A program made the position numbers and the translations under genes. DNA of 39,714 nt from Nitrospinia bacterium (GTDB lineage Bacteria; Nitrospinota; Nitrospinia; JACRGO01), in assembly GCA_029261755.1 (NCBI GenBank), contig JAJDAS010000078.1, positions 1-39,714 on the forward strand. The letters run 5' to 3'. Numbering within the stretch: the stretch's first letter is position 1; every line of letters begins with the position of its first letter. Under the pieces are notes generated by a model. The model did not search any database. It saw only the letters and a program-made list of their open reading frames with translations, and was not told the origin of the DNA. This document shows positions 1 to 7,826 of this stretch, piece after piece.

Positions 1-7
1 GTCCCCT

Positions 8-2179
8 ATGAAAATCGATAAAAATAGAATAGAAAAACTTCATAGAAAAATCTTTCCATTTTGGATGGACAAAAATATTGAAGCAGTCTGGAAAACAAAA
101 GTTGAAGCTGACTCCCAAGCTGTAAAGGTAATTGACCGTAAATTCTTCTTAATTCCCTGGGGCTTGATATCGCTTAATCCGGGAAGTCCCGGATTTGCTA
201 CAGTGGTTCGCAAAGGATTAAAAGGATTAAGGCAGGAAATAAAAGATAAATTAGCTGGAATTAAGAAAAAAACAAATTCGGCTGATGATTCAAAACAGCA
301 GAGTATTAGTAATCTTGAAGCAATGGAAATTGCACTTGATGCAGTGTCAGTTTATACAAAAGAACTCGCAAAGGAGATGGGTCGGCAAGCGAAAGATCCG
401 AAGATCGATAATATTAGAAAAGAGGAACTGAAAAATCTTTCCGAAATTTTGAAAAAAGTCCCTGATAAACCGGCTGAGACCCTTCATGAAGCTTTGCAGT
501 CTATGTGGATTATGTTTATTGGGATCGGGATGGATAGTATGAATGATAATATGTCCGTTGGCAGGCTTGACCAGATATTACAGCCTTATTTTGAAAGTGA
601 TATGAGCAAGAAAACTACCGCTCAGGAAAGGGAAGACTATATAAAATACGTTATTGAATTGGTAGGATGTTTCTTTATGAGATTAAACAGTCACGGAATC
701 TTAATTAATTCCAGACTGGCATGGCACGCGTCAGGCGCTCCAACTGCTACGGCTATTTGTGTTGGCGGCGTAACACCTGAAGGGGAAGATGGTGTTAATG
801 ATATGTCATATATTATCTTAAAAGTAACAGAGATGATGTGTTTGAATAATCCTGATATAGATGTACGTCATATGCCCGGCGTCAATAGTAGAATTTTTTT
901 GGAAAGAGTGATTGAGGTAAATTACATTACAAGCGGCACACCAGCAATTCATAATGACAAAGAAGTAATAAAAGGGTGGGCTGAAAATAATCCCCATTGG
1001 GATATAAAAGATATTAGAAACTGGGTTGCATGTGGGTGCACGGAACCTGTGATGCATGGAAAACATTTTGCAACATCCGGAGATTTAGATAGCAGCCTCG
1101 TGGTTCCTCTTGATATGGCATTGAATAACGGGAATCACCCAAAGTGGGAATTGACGGAAAGCAAGCCGTTAGGTCCACAAAAACCAGGCTTTGATGAGCG
1201 CGCTGAAGATTTGGGTTTTAGTGATTTTAAAGATTTTTATGGTTTTTTTAAAAAACAGTTTGAATTTATATTCGGTCTTGTTATTGACGGTGGATCACAT
1301 AAAATTTTGGAGGCCCAAAAGGAGGCATTAGCGGCACCGCTTTATTCTGCGCTTTTAGATGGATGCATCGAAAGTGCAACCGGAATGCTTCACGGGGGCG
1401 CAAAGTATAATACAGCCGGAGCCGCAATAATCGGGCTCTCCGATGTAATTGATTCTTTGTTGGTGATAAAACAGCTGGTCTTTGAAAAAAAGAAATTTAC
1501 ATTTAAAGATTTAAAAACAGCAATAGACAAAGACTTTGCCCCTAAAGACAAGGATCCAAAAAAATGTCAAGTAGATGGCAGAAAAATCTATGCTCTAATA
1601 AAGCACTCTGTTCCAAAATTCGGTTCAGGTAATGAAGAAGGCAGGAAAATGGCAGACAGGGTTACCCGTATGGTAGGGGATTTTTTACATTCACAAAAGA
1701 CAGGCAGGGGTGGAAAATTTATTGCCGGTTATAAATCAGCAAGCAATCATGTGGTATATGGAAGTGTTTCAGGTGCAGATGCATCGGGCAGGAGGAAAAA
1801 TCGGCCTTATACTCCCGGACTTACTCCCAGCCCCACAGCTACTAAAAATCTGCTGGATAATTTGATAGATGTTGCCAGCCTTGATTCAACCACATGCGAA
1901 AATAACTTCGCATTTAATGTGCGATTTTCCTTTTCTAAATGCAATACCTATAAGCAAAATATCGAGAGGATTACAGATTACATGGAAACATATTTTAATA
2001 GAGGAGGGATGCAAGCTCAACTAAATATGGTTAACAGCGATACTCTCATGGATGCTATGGCAAATCCTCAAGACTACCCCGACCTGATTGTAAGAATTTC
2101 CGGATATACCGTCTACTACACAGATCTGACTAGAGAAGCACAATTGGAAGTTTTAGGAAGGACGGAATTTGGAATCTAA
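8..2179 (+). CDS. Glycyl radical enzyme (PFL-like superfamily), probably 5'-truncated by the window edge
   Basis: Glycyl-radical loop LIVRISGY (Gly codon 2102-2104); Cys loop ACGCTEP (1028-1048); GRE motifs SVGRLDQ, VGGVTPEG, QLNMV. The frame has no stop upstream of base 8. Confidence 0.93.
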   Translation: MKIDKNRIEKLHRKIFPFWMDKNIEAVWKTKVEADSQAVKVIDRKFFLIPWGLISLNPGSPGFATVVRKGLKGLRQEIKDKLAGIKKKTNSADDSKQQSISNLEAMEIALDAVSVYTKELAKEMGRQAKDPKIDNIRKEELKNLSEILKKVPDKPAETLHEALQSMWIMFIGIGMDSMNDNMSVGRLDQILQPYFESDMSKKTTAQEREDYIKYVIELVGCFFMRLNSHGILINSRLAWHASGAPTATAICVGGVTPEGEDGVNDMSYIILKVTEMMCLNNPDIDVRHMPGVNSRIFLERVIEVNYITSGTPAIHNDKEVIKGWAENNPHWDIKDIRNWVACGCTEPVMHGKHFATSGDLDSSLVVPLDMALNNGNHPKWELTESKPLGPQKPGFDERAEDLGFSDFKDFYGFFKKQFEFIFGLVIDGGSHKILEAQKEALAAPLYSALLDGCIESATGMLHGGAKYNTAGAAIIGLSDVIDSLLVIKQLVFEKKKFTFKDLKTAIDKDFAPKDKDPKKCQVDGRKIYALIKHSVPKFGSGNEEGRKMADRVTRMVGDFLHSQKTGRGGKFIAGYKSASNHVVYGSVSGADASGRRKNRPYTPGLTPSPTATKNLLDNLIDVASLDSTTCENNFAFNVRFSFSKCNTYKQNIERITDYMETYFNRGGMQAQLNMVNSDTLMDAMANPQDYPDLIVRISGYTVYYTDLTREAQLEVLGRTEFGI

Positions 2180-3089
2180 TCCAATAGTTTTTGATATAAA
2201 AGGGAACTCCCTTGAGGATGGACCGGGTATTCGCTCTGTTATATTCCTCAAGGGGTGCTCCCTTGATTGCGTCTGGTGCCATAACCCGGAAAGTCATAAA
2301 ACAGGCGCAGAGTTGATGTGGCAAAAAGAAAACTGTATTGATTGTGGAGATTGTATAAAAGTATGTCGGCAACATGCTATTTCGAGGGTTTTTCCATTTT
2401 TTGTAAACAGGCATAATTGCAAACAATGCTTTAAGTGCGTTGAAATTTGTCCTTCCGAAGCATTAAAACGTGTTGGGCAAGAGATCGATATTGATAGTCT
2501 CATTAATGAAATCATACCTTATAAACCTTATTTTCAAACATCAGGTGGCGGGGTAACCATTTCAGGTGGTGAACCCGCCCTGTTTGCGGAGTTTGTTTCC
2601 GATCTATTGATTAGATTTAAAAATGAGGGAATTCATACACTCATAGAGACTGCCGGACAGTTTAATTATGAAAAGTTTGAATCTTTGATCTTACCTTATG
2701 TCAATTCTATATTTTTTGACATAAAGCTAATAAATTCAGACGAACATAAAAAATTCTGCGGTATCGATAATAAAGAGATTCTAAATAATTTCATATCACT
2801 TTACCAATTGTCGAAGTCCGAAAAATTTAAACTTCTGCCGCGGACACCATTAATCCCAGGAATAACTGATACTAAAGAGAATATTCTAAATATTGTTAAG
2901 TTTTATAATAAACTTGGAGTAAAAAAGACTGCTTTTTTGACTAACAATCCAGTGTGGTTTAACAAAAAAGACAGTTTGGGGCAAAAAGAAGATTTTGCGG
3001 ATATTGAGCAGTTAAAAAAGTTTTATGATGAGGAGAAAAAAAAGGAGATTATAGGCTGTTTTACAGGAAACGGCATTGAGGTCGTTTGA
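2169..3089 (+). CDS. GRE activating enzyme (radical SAM) with 2x[4Fe-4S] ferredoxin insert
   Basis: EDGPGIR..FLKGCSLDCVWCHNPE (CxxxCxxC); CIDCGDCIKVC and CKQCFKCVEIC; SGGEP. TTG start overlaps the 3' end of the GRE gene. Confidence 0.95.
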   Translation: MESNPIVFDIKGNSLEDGPGIRSVIFLKGCSLDCVWCHNPESHKTGAELMWQKENCIDCGDCIKVCRQHAISRVFPFFVNRHNCKQCFKCVEICPSEALKRVGQEIDIDSLINEIIPYKPYFQTSGGGVTISGGEPALFAEFVSDLLIRFKNEGIHTLIETAGQFNYEKFESLILPYVNSIFFDIKLINSDEHKKFCGIDNKEILNNFISLYQLSKSEKFKLLPRTPLIPGITDTKENILNIVKFYNKLGVKKTAFLTNNPVWFNKKDSLGQKEDFADIEQLKKFYDEEKKKEIIGCFTGNGIEVV

Positions 3090-3321
3090 AATCTACTCAG
3101 GTTAAGGGGGGCAATATTATTCAATACAAACGGAAATGGCCCTGAAATCTTTCCTAAACAAGATTGGGCAGTTCTTGAACCTAAACTAAGAAAAGAATAT
3201 AGTTTTCTCCTTTCGGAACATTGAGATACTCAGATAAAATGATGGAGAAGTATTTTAAGGTAATTTAAGGATGGAGATAAACTTTATACCGTTCTTTTTT
3301 TCTCTGAAGGTATGTTTTGAT

Positions 3322-3652
3322 ATGGATAATCTGACTATCGAGCAAACCAAATCCCCCCCCCCATCAACCTTGACGCCACCGCCCCCCGCCTGGAGATCAA
3401 GGGCGAATCCTACCCTGAGAACACCGCCAAATTCTATCATCCGGTTTTTTCTTGGCTTGACAATTTTATGAGGGAACTCGACGCGCAAGAGGTCACGGTG
3501 GAGGTGGAGGTAAGCTATTTTAATAGCAGCAGTTCAAAAATTTCATCAACTGGCGGCATCATGAAAATGATGGACTGGCCCAGGTGTATGGGGAAGAATT
3601 CGAAGAAGACCTGGAGAACGTAAATTTTAATTTGGTGGCGTTTTCGGATTAA
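3322..3652 (+). pseudogene. SiaC/DUF1987-family pseudogene (frameshift plus internal deletion)
   Basis: Consecutive segments in shifted frames read MDNLTIEQTKS / INLDATAPRLEIKGESYPENTAKFYHPVFSWLDNF...YFNSSSSK / FINWRHHENDGLAQVYGEEFEEDLENVNFNLV*. Breaks at the C10 run (3353-3362) and at ~3540. Confidence 0.85.
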
Positions 3653-3860
3653 TAAAATCATTTTTGCCTTCTAAGATCCACAAGGCTGAATTCGGTGTTA
3701 TTGAGATGACACGAATGTCCAACGATTTTTCTTTCAACATCACATAAGTGGACGATAATCTCTCCTTCTTTTTCATTAAAGTATTCTTTTAGGCTGAGCG
3801 GGAAATTCCAGTTTACCCCAGCCCTTCCCATTAGTTTCTCAAACTATTTTCAGATTAACT

Positions 3861-4385
3861 ATGAACGAAGATAGCATTTTCACCAAAGAACGGAAAGTTG
3901 TTGACAAGGGCTCCAAAGTCATGGAATGCGAGCGCTTCTTGGCTCAAGTGATTGACAATCTTCTCACCAACGCCTCCAAATTTCCCCAACCAAACACCGC
4001 CATATTCGTTACCCTTGAAACTCAAAATCAAACGGTCCGGATTTCGGTGCGGGACGAGGAGCCGGGCATACCTCAGGAGGATTTAGGCAAACTCTTTGGC
4101 ACATTTCAGAGGCTCACCGCTCAACCAACAGGGGGAGAGAAAAGCACGGGCTTGGGGCTATCCATAGTGAAAAAAATCGTAGACGCCCACCAAGGCAAAA
4201 TTAAAGTGGACAGCGAGGTTGCAAAAGGAACCACTTTCACGGTGTTCATCCTTTATAGGCAAACGCTTAGAAATGCGGGGTATCTGTTGATTGGTTTGCT
4301 GTTTGTTATGCTATCCTTACTTCGCCTTCCAGCCAGCAATAGAATACGCTCATTGAGAAATCAGGCTACTATCGAGTGCCTATAA
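3861..4385 (+). pseudogene. Isolated histidine-kinase ATPase (HATPase_c) domain, probable gene remnant
   Basis: N box QVIDNLLTNASKF, altered G1 box DEEPGI, F box, G2 STGLGLSIVK, GTTFTV. No HisKA or sensor domain; the tail after the domain looks unrelated. Confidence 0.7.
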
Positions 4386-4607
4386 TGATTACGCTTCTTT
4401 TGAACAGCAATTAGATGTTTTTGGCTTGCTCCTGGCTTTCTATTTTCTCTTTCTCATTACCGGGTGCTACTGAAATATTTAGTGGCTTCTTATGTTGTCC
4501 CTCCCGAAAAGCTTCTTCCACTTCAAAAGAAGAAAAATCATGGTCAATTACATTGAATTTTGATAGGATAAATATAGAATCAAAAAAAAATCCAAGGGTG
4601 GTTGAAA

Positions 4608-5264
4608 ATGCCGGGAACTGGGGACGCAAAAATATTGCTGGTGGATGATTCTATCGGCATGTCTGATATCGCCAAAAAGGTGTTTAAATTGGCGGGCCAC
4701 GAAATTGATACGGTGGATAACGGACGCGATGGCGTGGACATGATAGAAAAAGGTGATTACGACCTGGTGTTGCTCGATATCAGAATGCCGGGTATGGACG
4801 GCTTTGAAGTCTTCCAACGGCTGCGGTCCCAGGAAAAAACCAAGCTCTTACCGGAAATCATTTTTTTCAGCGATTATGAAAATATGGAGAAGGAAGGGCT
4901 CCAATATGGTCCAAGCGACTTCATTACCAAATCACATGTCACCGAACACCCCGATGAGTTTATGGCCAGAATAGAGGCTCATTTGAAGATAGCCGACCTC
5001 ATGCGCAAGTGTATCGACCTGGAAAAGTTGAAAATTTTGAAGGCCACGGTGATGTCGGTGGACCATGAAATTCGAAATCCTCTCCTCTCCATCGGGCTTA
5101 TTATGGAAAAGATGAAGGATTGTCCCAACTGCTCCACCTGGTATGACAGGGGAAAGCAGAGTGTTCAAAGGATCATTGACGCCCTGGAAAAGATGTCGAA
5201 AACGCAGGAGACGACCACCACGGACTTCAAGGGGCAGGAAATTATTGAACCAAATGATGAATAA
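4608..5264 (+). CDS. Receiver domain plus HisKA-like (DHp) domain, without an ATPase domain
   Basis: LLVDD, DLVLLDIRMPGMDG and FITK receiver motifs; H-box HEIRNPL; ends ~55 aa later. TTG at 4602 is an alternative start. Confidence 0.85.
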   Translation: MPGTGDAKILLVDDSIGMSDIAKKVFKLAGHEIDTVDNGRDGVDMIEKGDYDLVLLDIRMPGMDGFEVFQRLRSQEKTKLLPEIIFFSDYENMEKEGLQYGPSDFITKSHVTEHPDEFMARIEAHLKIADLMRKCIDLEKLKILKATVMSVDHEIRNPLLSIGLIMEKMKDCPNCSTWYDRGKQSVQRIIDALEKMSKTQETTTTDFKGQEIIEPNDE

Positions 5265-6159
5265 AAGAGTTTTGCCCTTCCTGATCATTTTCCTGTTTTT
5301 CCCTGTTTCTTCCTCGTACGCTTCTTGGAACCATTATGGACAACATTGCGAAGATGCGGAAGAAGCAAGAAAACTTTCCGCCCTTGGTCCCATTCTTGGC
5401 CTGGGGGCTTCGGTGTCCCACGGACTCTTAGCCAAATCTTTTCCGGAGGTTGTGGCAAACCGCATGTGCCTGAAAAGCGGAGAGGGCTATTATTCTCATT
5501 ATAAATTTTTTTCACGAGACCACAAAGATACCTTCAAGTTTATGAAAAAAATCTATAAAGAGCATAAACCCAAACTGGTCATCGCTCTGGATTATCTCTA
5601 CCACCACTTCAAAAAATATAAGTTCGACGAGAAAAAAAGAAAATTCTTGGACGTGATGTTGGAGCACCTGGCTCTAGATTGCAAAAACAAAGATGTGGAT
5701 TGCTCCGAGGATGGAGAGTTCGCTTTTGTAGAGAAAGAATATTATCGGCCAGTGATCCTGTTGTCGGATGTCTACTATGACCGCCTGGTGGATTGCTCAA
5801 AGAAAAAACCGAGACCGGAAAAATATGAACAATGTATCAGTGAAAACATCAAGATGAACGCATATTTGAGAGAAAAGGTTAAGGAATATCCCAATATCTA
5901 CCTGATGCCGGGCAAAATAATTTTTCAATCCATCAACGAAGGGTCTCAAACCCTGGAGTACAATATCAACGGCATCAAAACTACATTCAGCAAAAGTACT
6001 CTAACCTGGGACGGGTTCCACCCCTGGACCAATCCGGGAGTATCCGTCTTTTCCAATTATGTGATACAGAAGTTGAATGAACTCATCGAAAGTGGAGTGA
6101 TTCAATCGGACACAAAAATCCCCTTCTTGGAAATTGATGAGGAGTACCTCACCCCATAG
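5254..6159 (+). CDS. Exported SGNH/GDSL-like hydrolase
   Basis: Signal peptide MMNKRVLPFLIIFLFFPVSSSYA; block I-like LGASVSHG; block V DGFHP (DxxH). Start moved from 5143 to the ATG before the signal peptide. Confidence 0.6.
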   Translation: MMNKRVLPFLIIFLFFPVSSSYASWNHYGQHCEDAEEARKLSALGPILGLGASVSHGLLAKSFPEVVANRMCLKSGEGYYSHYKFFSRDHKDTFKFMKKIYKEHKPKLVIALDYLYHHFKKYKFDEKKRKFLDVMLEHLALDCKNKDVDCSEDGEFAFVEKEYYRPVILLSDVYYDRLVDCSKKKPRPEKYEQCISENIKMNAYLREKVKEYPNIYLMPGKIIFQSINEGSQTLEYNINGIKTTFSKSTLTWDGFHPWTNPGVSVFSNYVIQKLNELIESGVIQSDTKIPFLEIDEEYLTP

Positions 6160-6180
6160 TGCGGTTTCTAAAAAGTTTGT

Positions 6181-6245
6181 AACTACTCAGGCACAGAGGC
6201 AGAAGGCAAAAAGACAAAAAAAAACTTTTTGAACCACTAATTTTT
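6181..6245. repeat. Degenerate intergenic repeat related to 37525-37577
   Basis: Both carry aaagacaaaaaaa...cttttt followed by aaccactaattttt (6232-6245 = 37564-37577). Confidence 0.6.
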
Positions 6246-6250
6246 CGAAG

Positions 6251-6352
6251 TTGTTCACCTTCTTCACCGTGGGGATTGGAGTTTTCTTCGGTTTTTATCC
6301 CGCCCGCAAGGCGGCGGCGCTGAGCCCCACCAAAGCTCTGTGATACGAATAG
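6251..6352 (+). pseudogene. 3' remnant of a MacB/FtsX-type ABC transporter permease
   Basis: Reads LFTFFTVGIGVFFGFYPARKAAALSPTKAL*YE*, the typical MacB C-terminus (FFGxYPAxKAAxLxPIxALRYE) with TGA in place of Arg. Confidence 0.85.
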
Positions 6353-6433
6353 ATGGACTTTCAACGATGTTGAAGTTAAAATAGCGTTTCCATTGCCCAA
6401 ACTTTTAATCCTCTATTAATCAAAAGGGAAAAA

Positions 6434-7186
6434 ATGCGAAAGATATTGATCATCCACGAATCCCGAACCCTTCGTATACTGTTAAAAAGATATATAGCGT
6501 CCGACCTGAGCGAATTTGAGGTTTGCGAAGCGGCCTCCGGAGAAGAAGGTATTCAGATGCTTCAACATGAAAAAGTGGAAGCAATCATTTCCGGAAACAA
6601 GATGCAGAGTATGGATGGACCGGCTATAAAAAGAATTGTTCATGAACTTCCAGCTCACCATGAGACTCCCTTCATCGTTGTCACCTCTTCCAAAAAAGAG
6701 GATGAGTTGGTGGAGTTGTTAAAGGAAGGTATTGAGCATTTCCTTATATCACCCTTTACCAGTAAGGAGCTTGGCACCAAGATCAATGCTGTTTGCGATC
6801 CAAGAAAGTGGAGGGCACAAGAAAGGATCAGCGTTCCCGGAACCAAGGCCATTCTCCATTTTGGCGAAAAAAGTGTCCCGGCACAGGTGGTGAATATCAG
6901 CCAGGGGGGTATCCTTTTTGATTTGGACTATTCGGAAGAGCACGGCAATCTTTTGAAAAACATTTTCATTTCGGTCCTGTTCCCGGCGGAGTATGCCAGC
7001 GTGGAGTTATTGAGCTTGCGGTGCAAATTCCACCGATTGAACATGTTGACCTGCGACAAAGAGCATAACCCTGAAAAAATCCGTATAGGTTTGCAGTTTG
7101 TAGATGTCTCCGAGATAAACCTTAAGGCCATCGCAGCAATTTTTGAACAGGCCCGTGGGGAGTTGGAAAAATTGGCTGTGGATTAA
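6434..7186 (+). CDS. Atypical receiver domain plus PilZ domain protein
   Basis: N-terminal REC-like pattern (ILIIHES, IISGNKM, PFIVVTS, SPFT); PilZ motifs RAQER (RxxxR) and NISQGG. Confidence 0.85.
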   Translation: MRKILIIHESRTLRILLKRYIASDLSEFEVCEAASGEEGIQMLQHEKVEAIISGNKMQSMDGPAIKRIVHELPAHHETPFIVVTSSKKEDELVELLKEGIEHFLISPFTSKELGTKINAVCDPRKWRAQERISVPGTKAILHFGEKSVPAQVVNISQGGILFDLDYSEEHGNLLKNIFISVLFPAEYASVELLSLRCKFHRLNMLTCDKEHNPEKIRIGLQFVDVSEINLKAIAAIFEQARGELEKLAVD

Positions 7187-7224
7187 GAAAAGGGCAACTA
7201 CCTTTCAATTGAAATTTACTATTC

Positions 7225-7253
7225 TTGACAACCCTCCACCCCCATGATATTTT
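7225..7253 (+). promoter_or_regulatory. Putative sigma70 promoter
   Basis: TTGACA-17 nt-TATTTT with an upstream TG; SD AGGAG at 7261. Confidence 0.45.
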
Positions 7254-7272
7254 TATTCCAAGGAGATTAACC

Positions 7273-7524
7273 ATGGGGCAAGCAATAGCATTCGATACCC
7301 ACGCATATGTGAAGAAACTAATAGCTGTGGGCTTCACGGAAGAACAGGCCGAAGTCCAGGCAGAGACCCTGGCCAGTTTGATCGACGACCGCCTTGCCAC
7401 CAAACAAGACATAGCTGAGGTGAAGCGAGATATAAAAGAGATGGAACTTCGACTTACCGTCAAGCTTGGCGCTATTGGCGCCACCTGTATTATCATCGTT
7501 GCCGCCCTCGTTAAACTTTTGTAG
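7273..7524 (+). CDS. CCDC90/DUF1640-like small coiled-coil membrane-anchored protein
   Basis: FDTHAYVKKL..GFTEEQAE..LATKQDI, coiled coil and C-terminal TM helix; AGGAG 7 nt before ATG 7273. Confidence 0.8.
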   Translation: MGQAIAFDTHAYVKKLIAVGFTEEQAEVQAETLASLIDDRLATKQDIAEVKRDIKEMELRLTVKLGAIGATCIIIVAALVKLL

Positions 7525-7692
7525 TTCGTCGTAAAGAACCATTATTCGCTCCGCTGTCATTTGCACTCGCCGTTTTTGTTATTAGCTTCACTTCACCCCT
7601 CGTCATTTTTCTTCCTACTGTCTTTCACCATCTGCCTTTTGCTTTACCCTTGTTACTCGTCACTATGGGCTTACTGTCTTCTGCTTTTTTTG

Positions 7693-7732
7693 TTGACATC
7701 CATGTTGTATATATTATAATATTATAATATAT
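7693..7732 (+). promoter_or_regulatory. Sigma70 promoter with overlapping 24-bp palindrome (candidate operator)
   Basis: TTGACA (7693-7698)-16 nt-TATAAT (7715-7720); perfect palindrome ATATATTATAATATTATAATATAT at 7709-7732. Confidence 0.65.
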
Positions 7733-7826
7733 TTATCTGGGCAAGAGTTTGAGCCAAATATTTCATTGATAAATGCCCATCTTTAGTCGATAATAAAGCC
7801 GCCTCCACCCCTAACCACAAAAAGCC

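Noticed and set aside
3271-3471. 66-aa Pro-rich ORF from the ORF track
   Set aside because: Mostly an out-of-frame reading of the SiaC pseudogene after the C10 frameshift.
3660-3925. Open stretches on the minus strand (SLKEYFNEKEGEIIVHLCD...)
   Set aside because: May be another remnant, but it is interrupted by stops and has no motif I recognise.
4411-4648. Short overlapping ORFs on both strands
   Set aside because: No recognisable motif or clear RBS; they overlap the start of the REC-HisKA gene.
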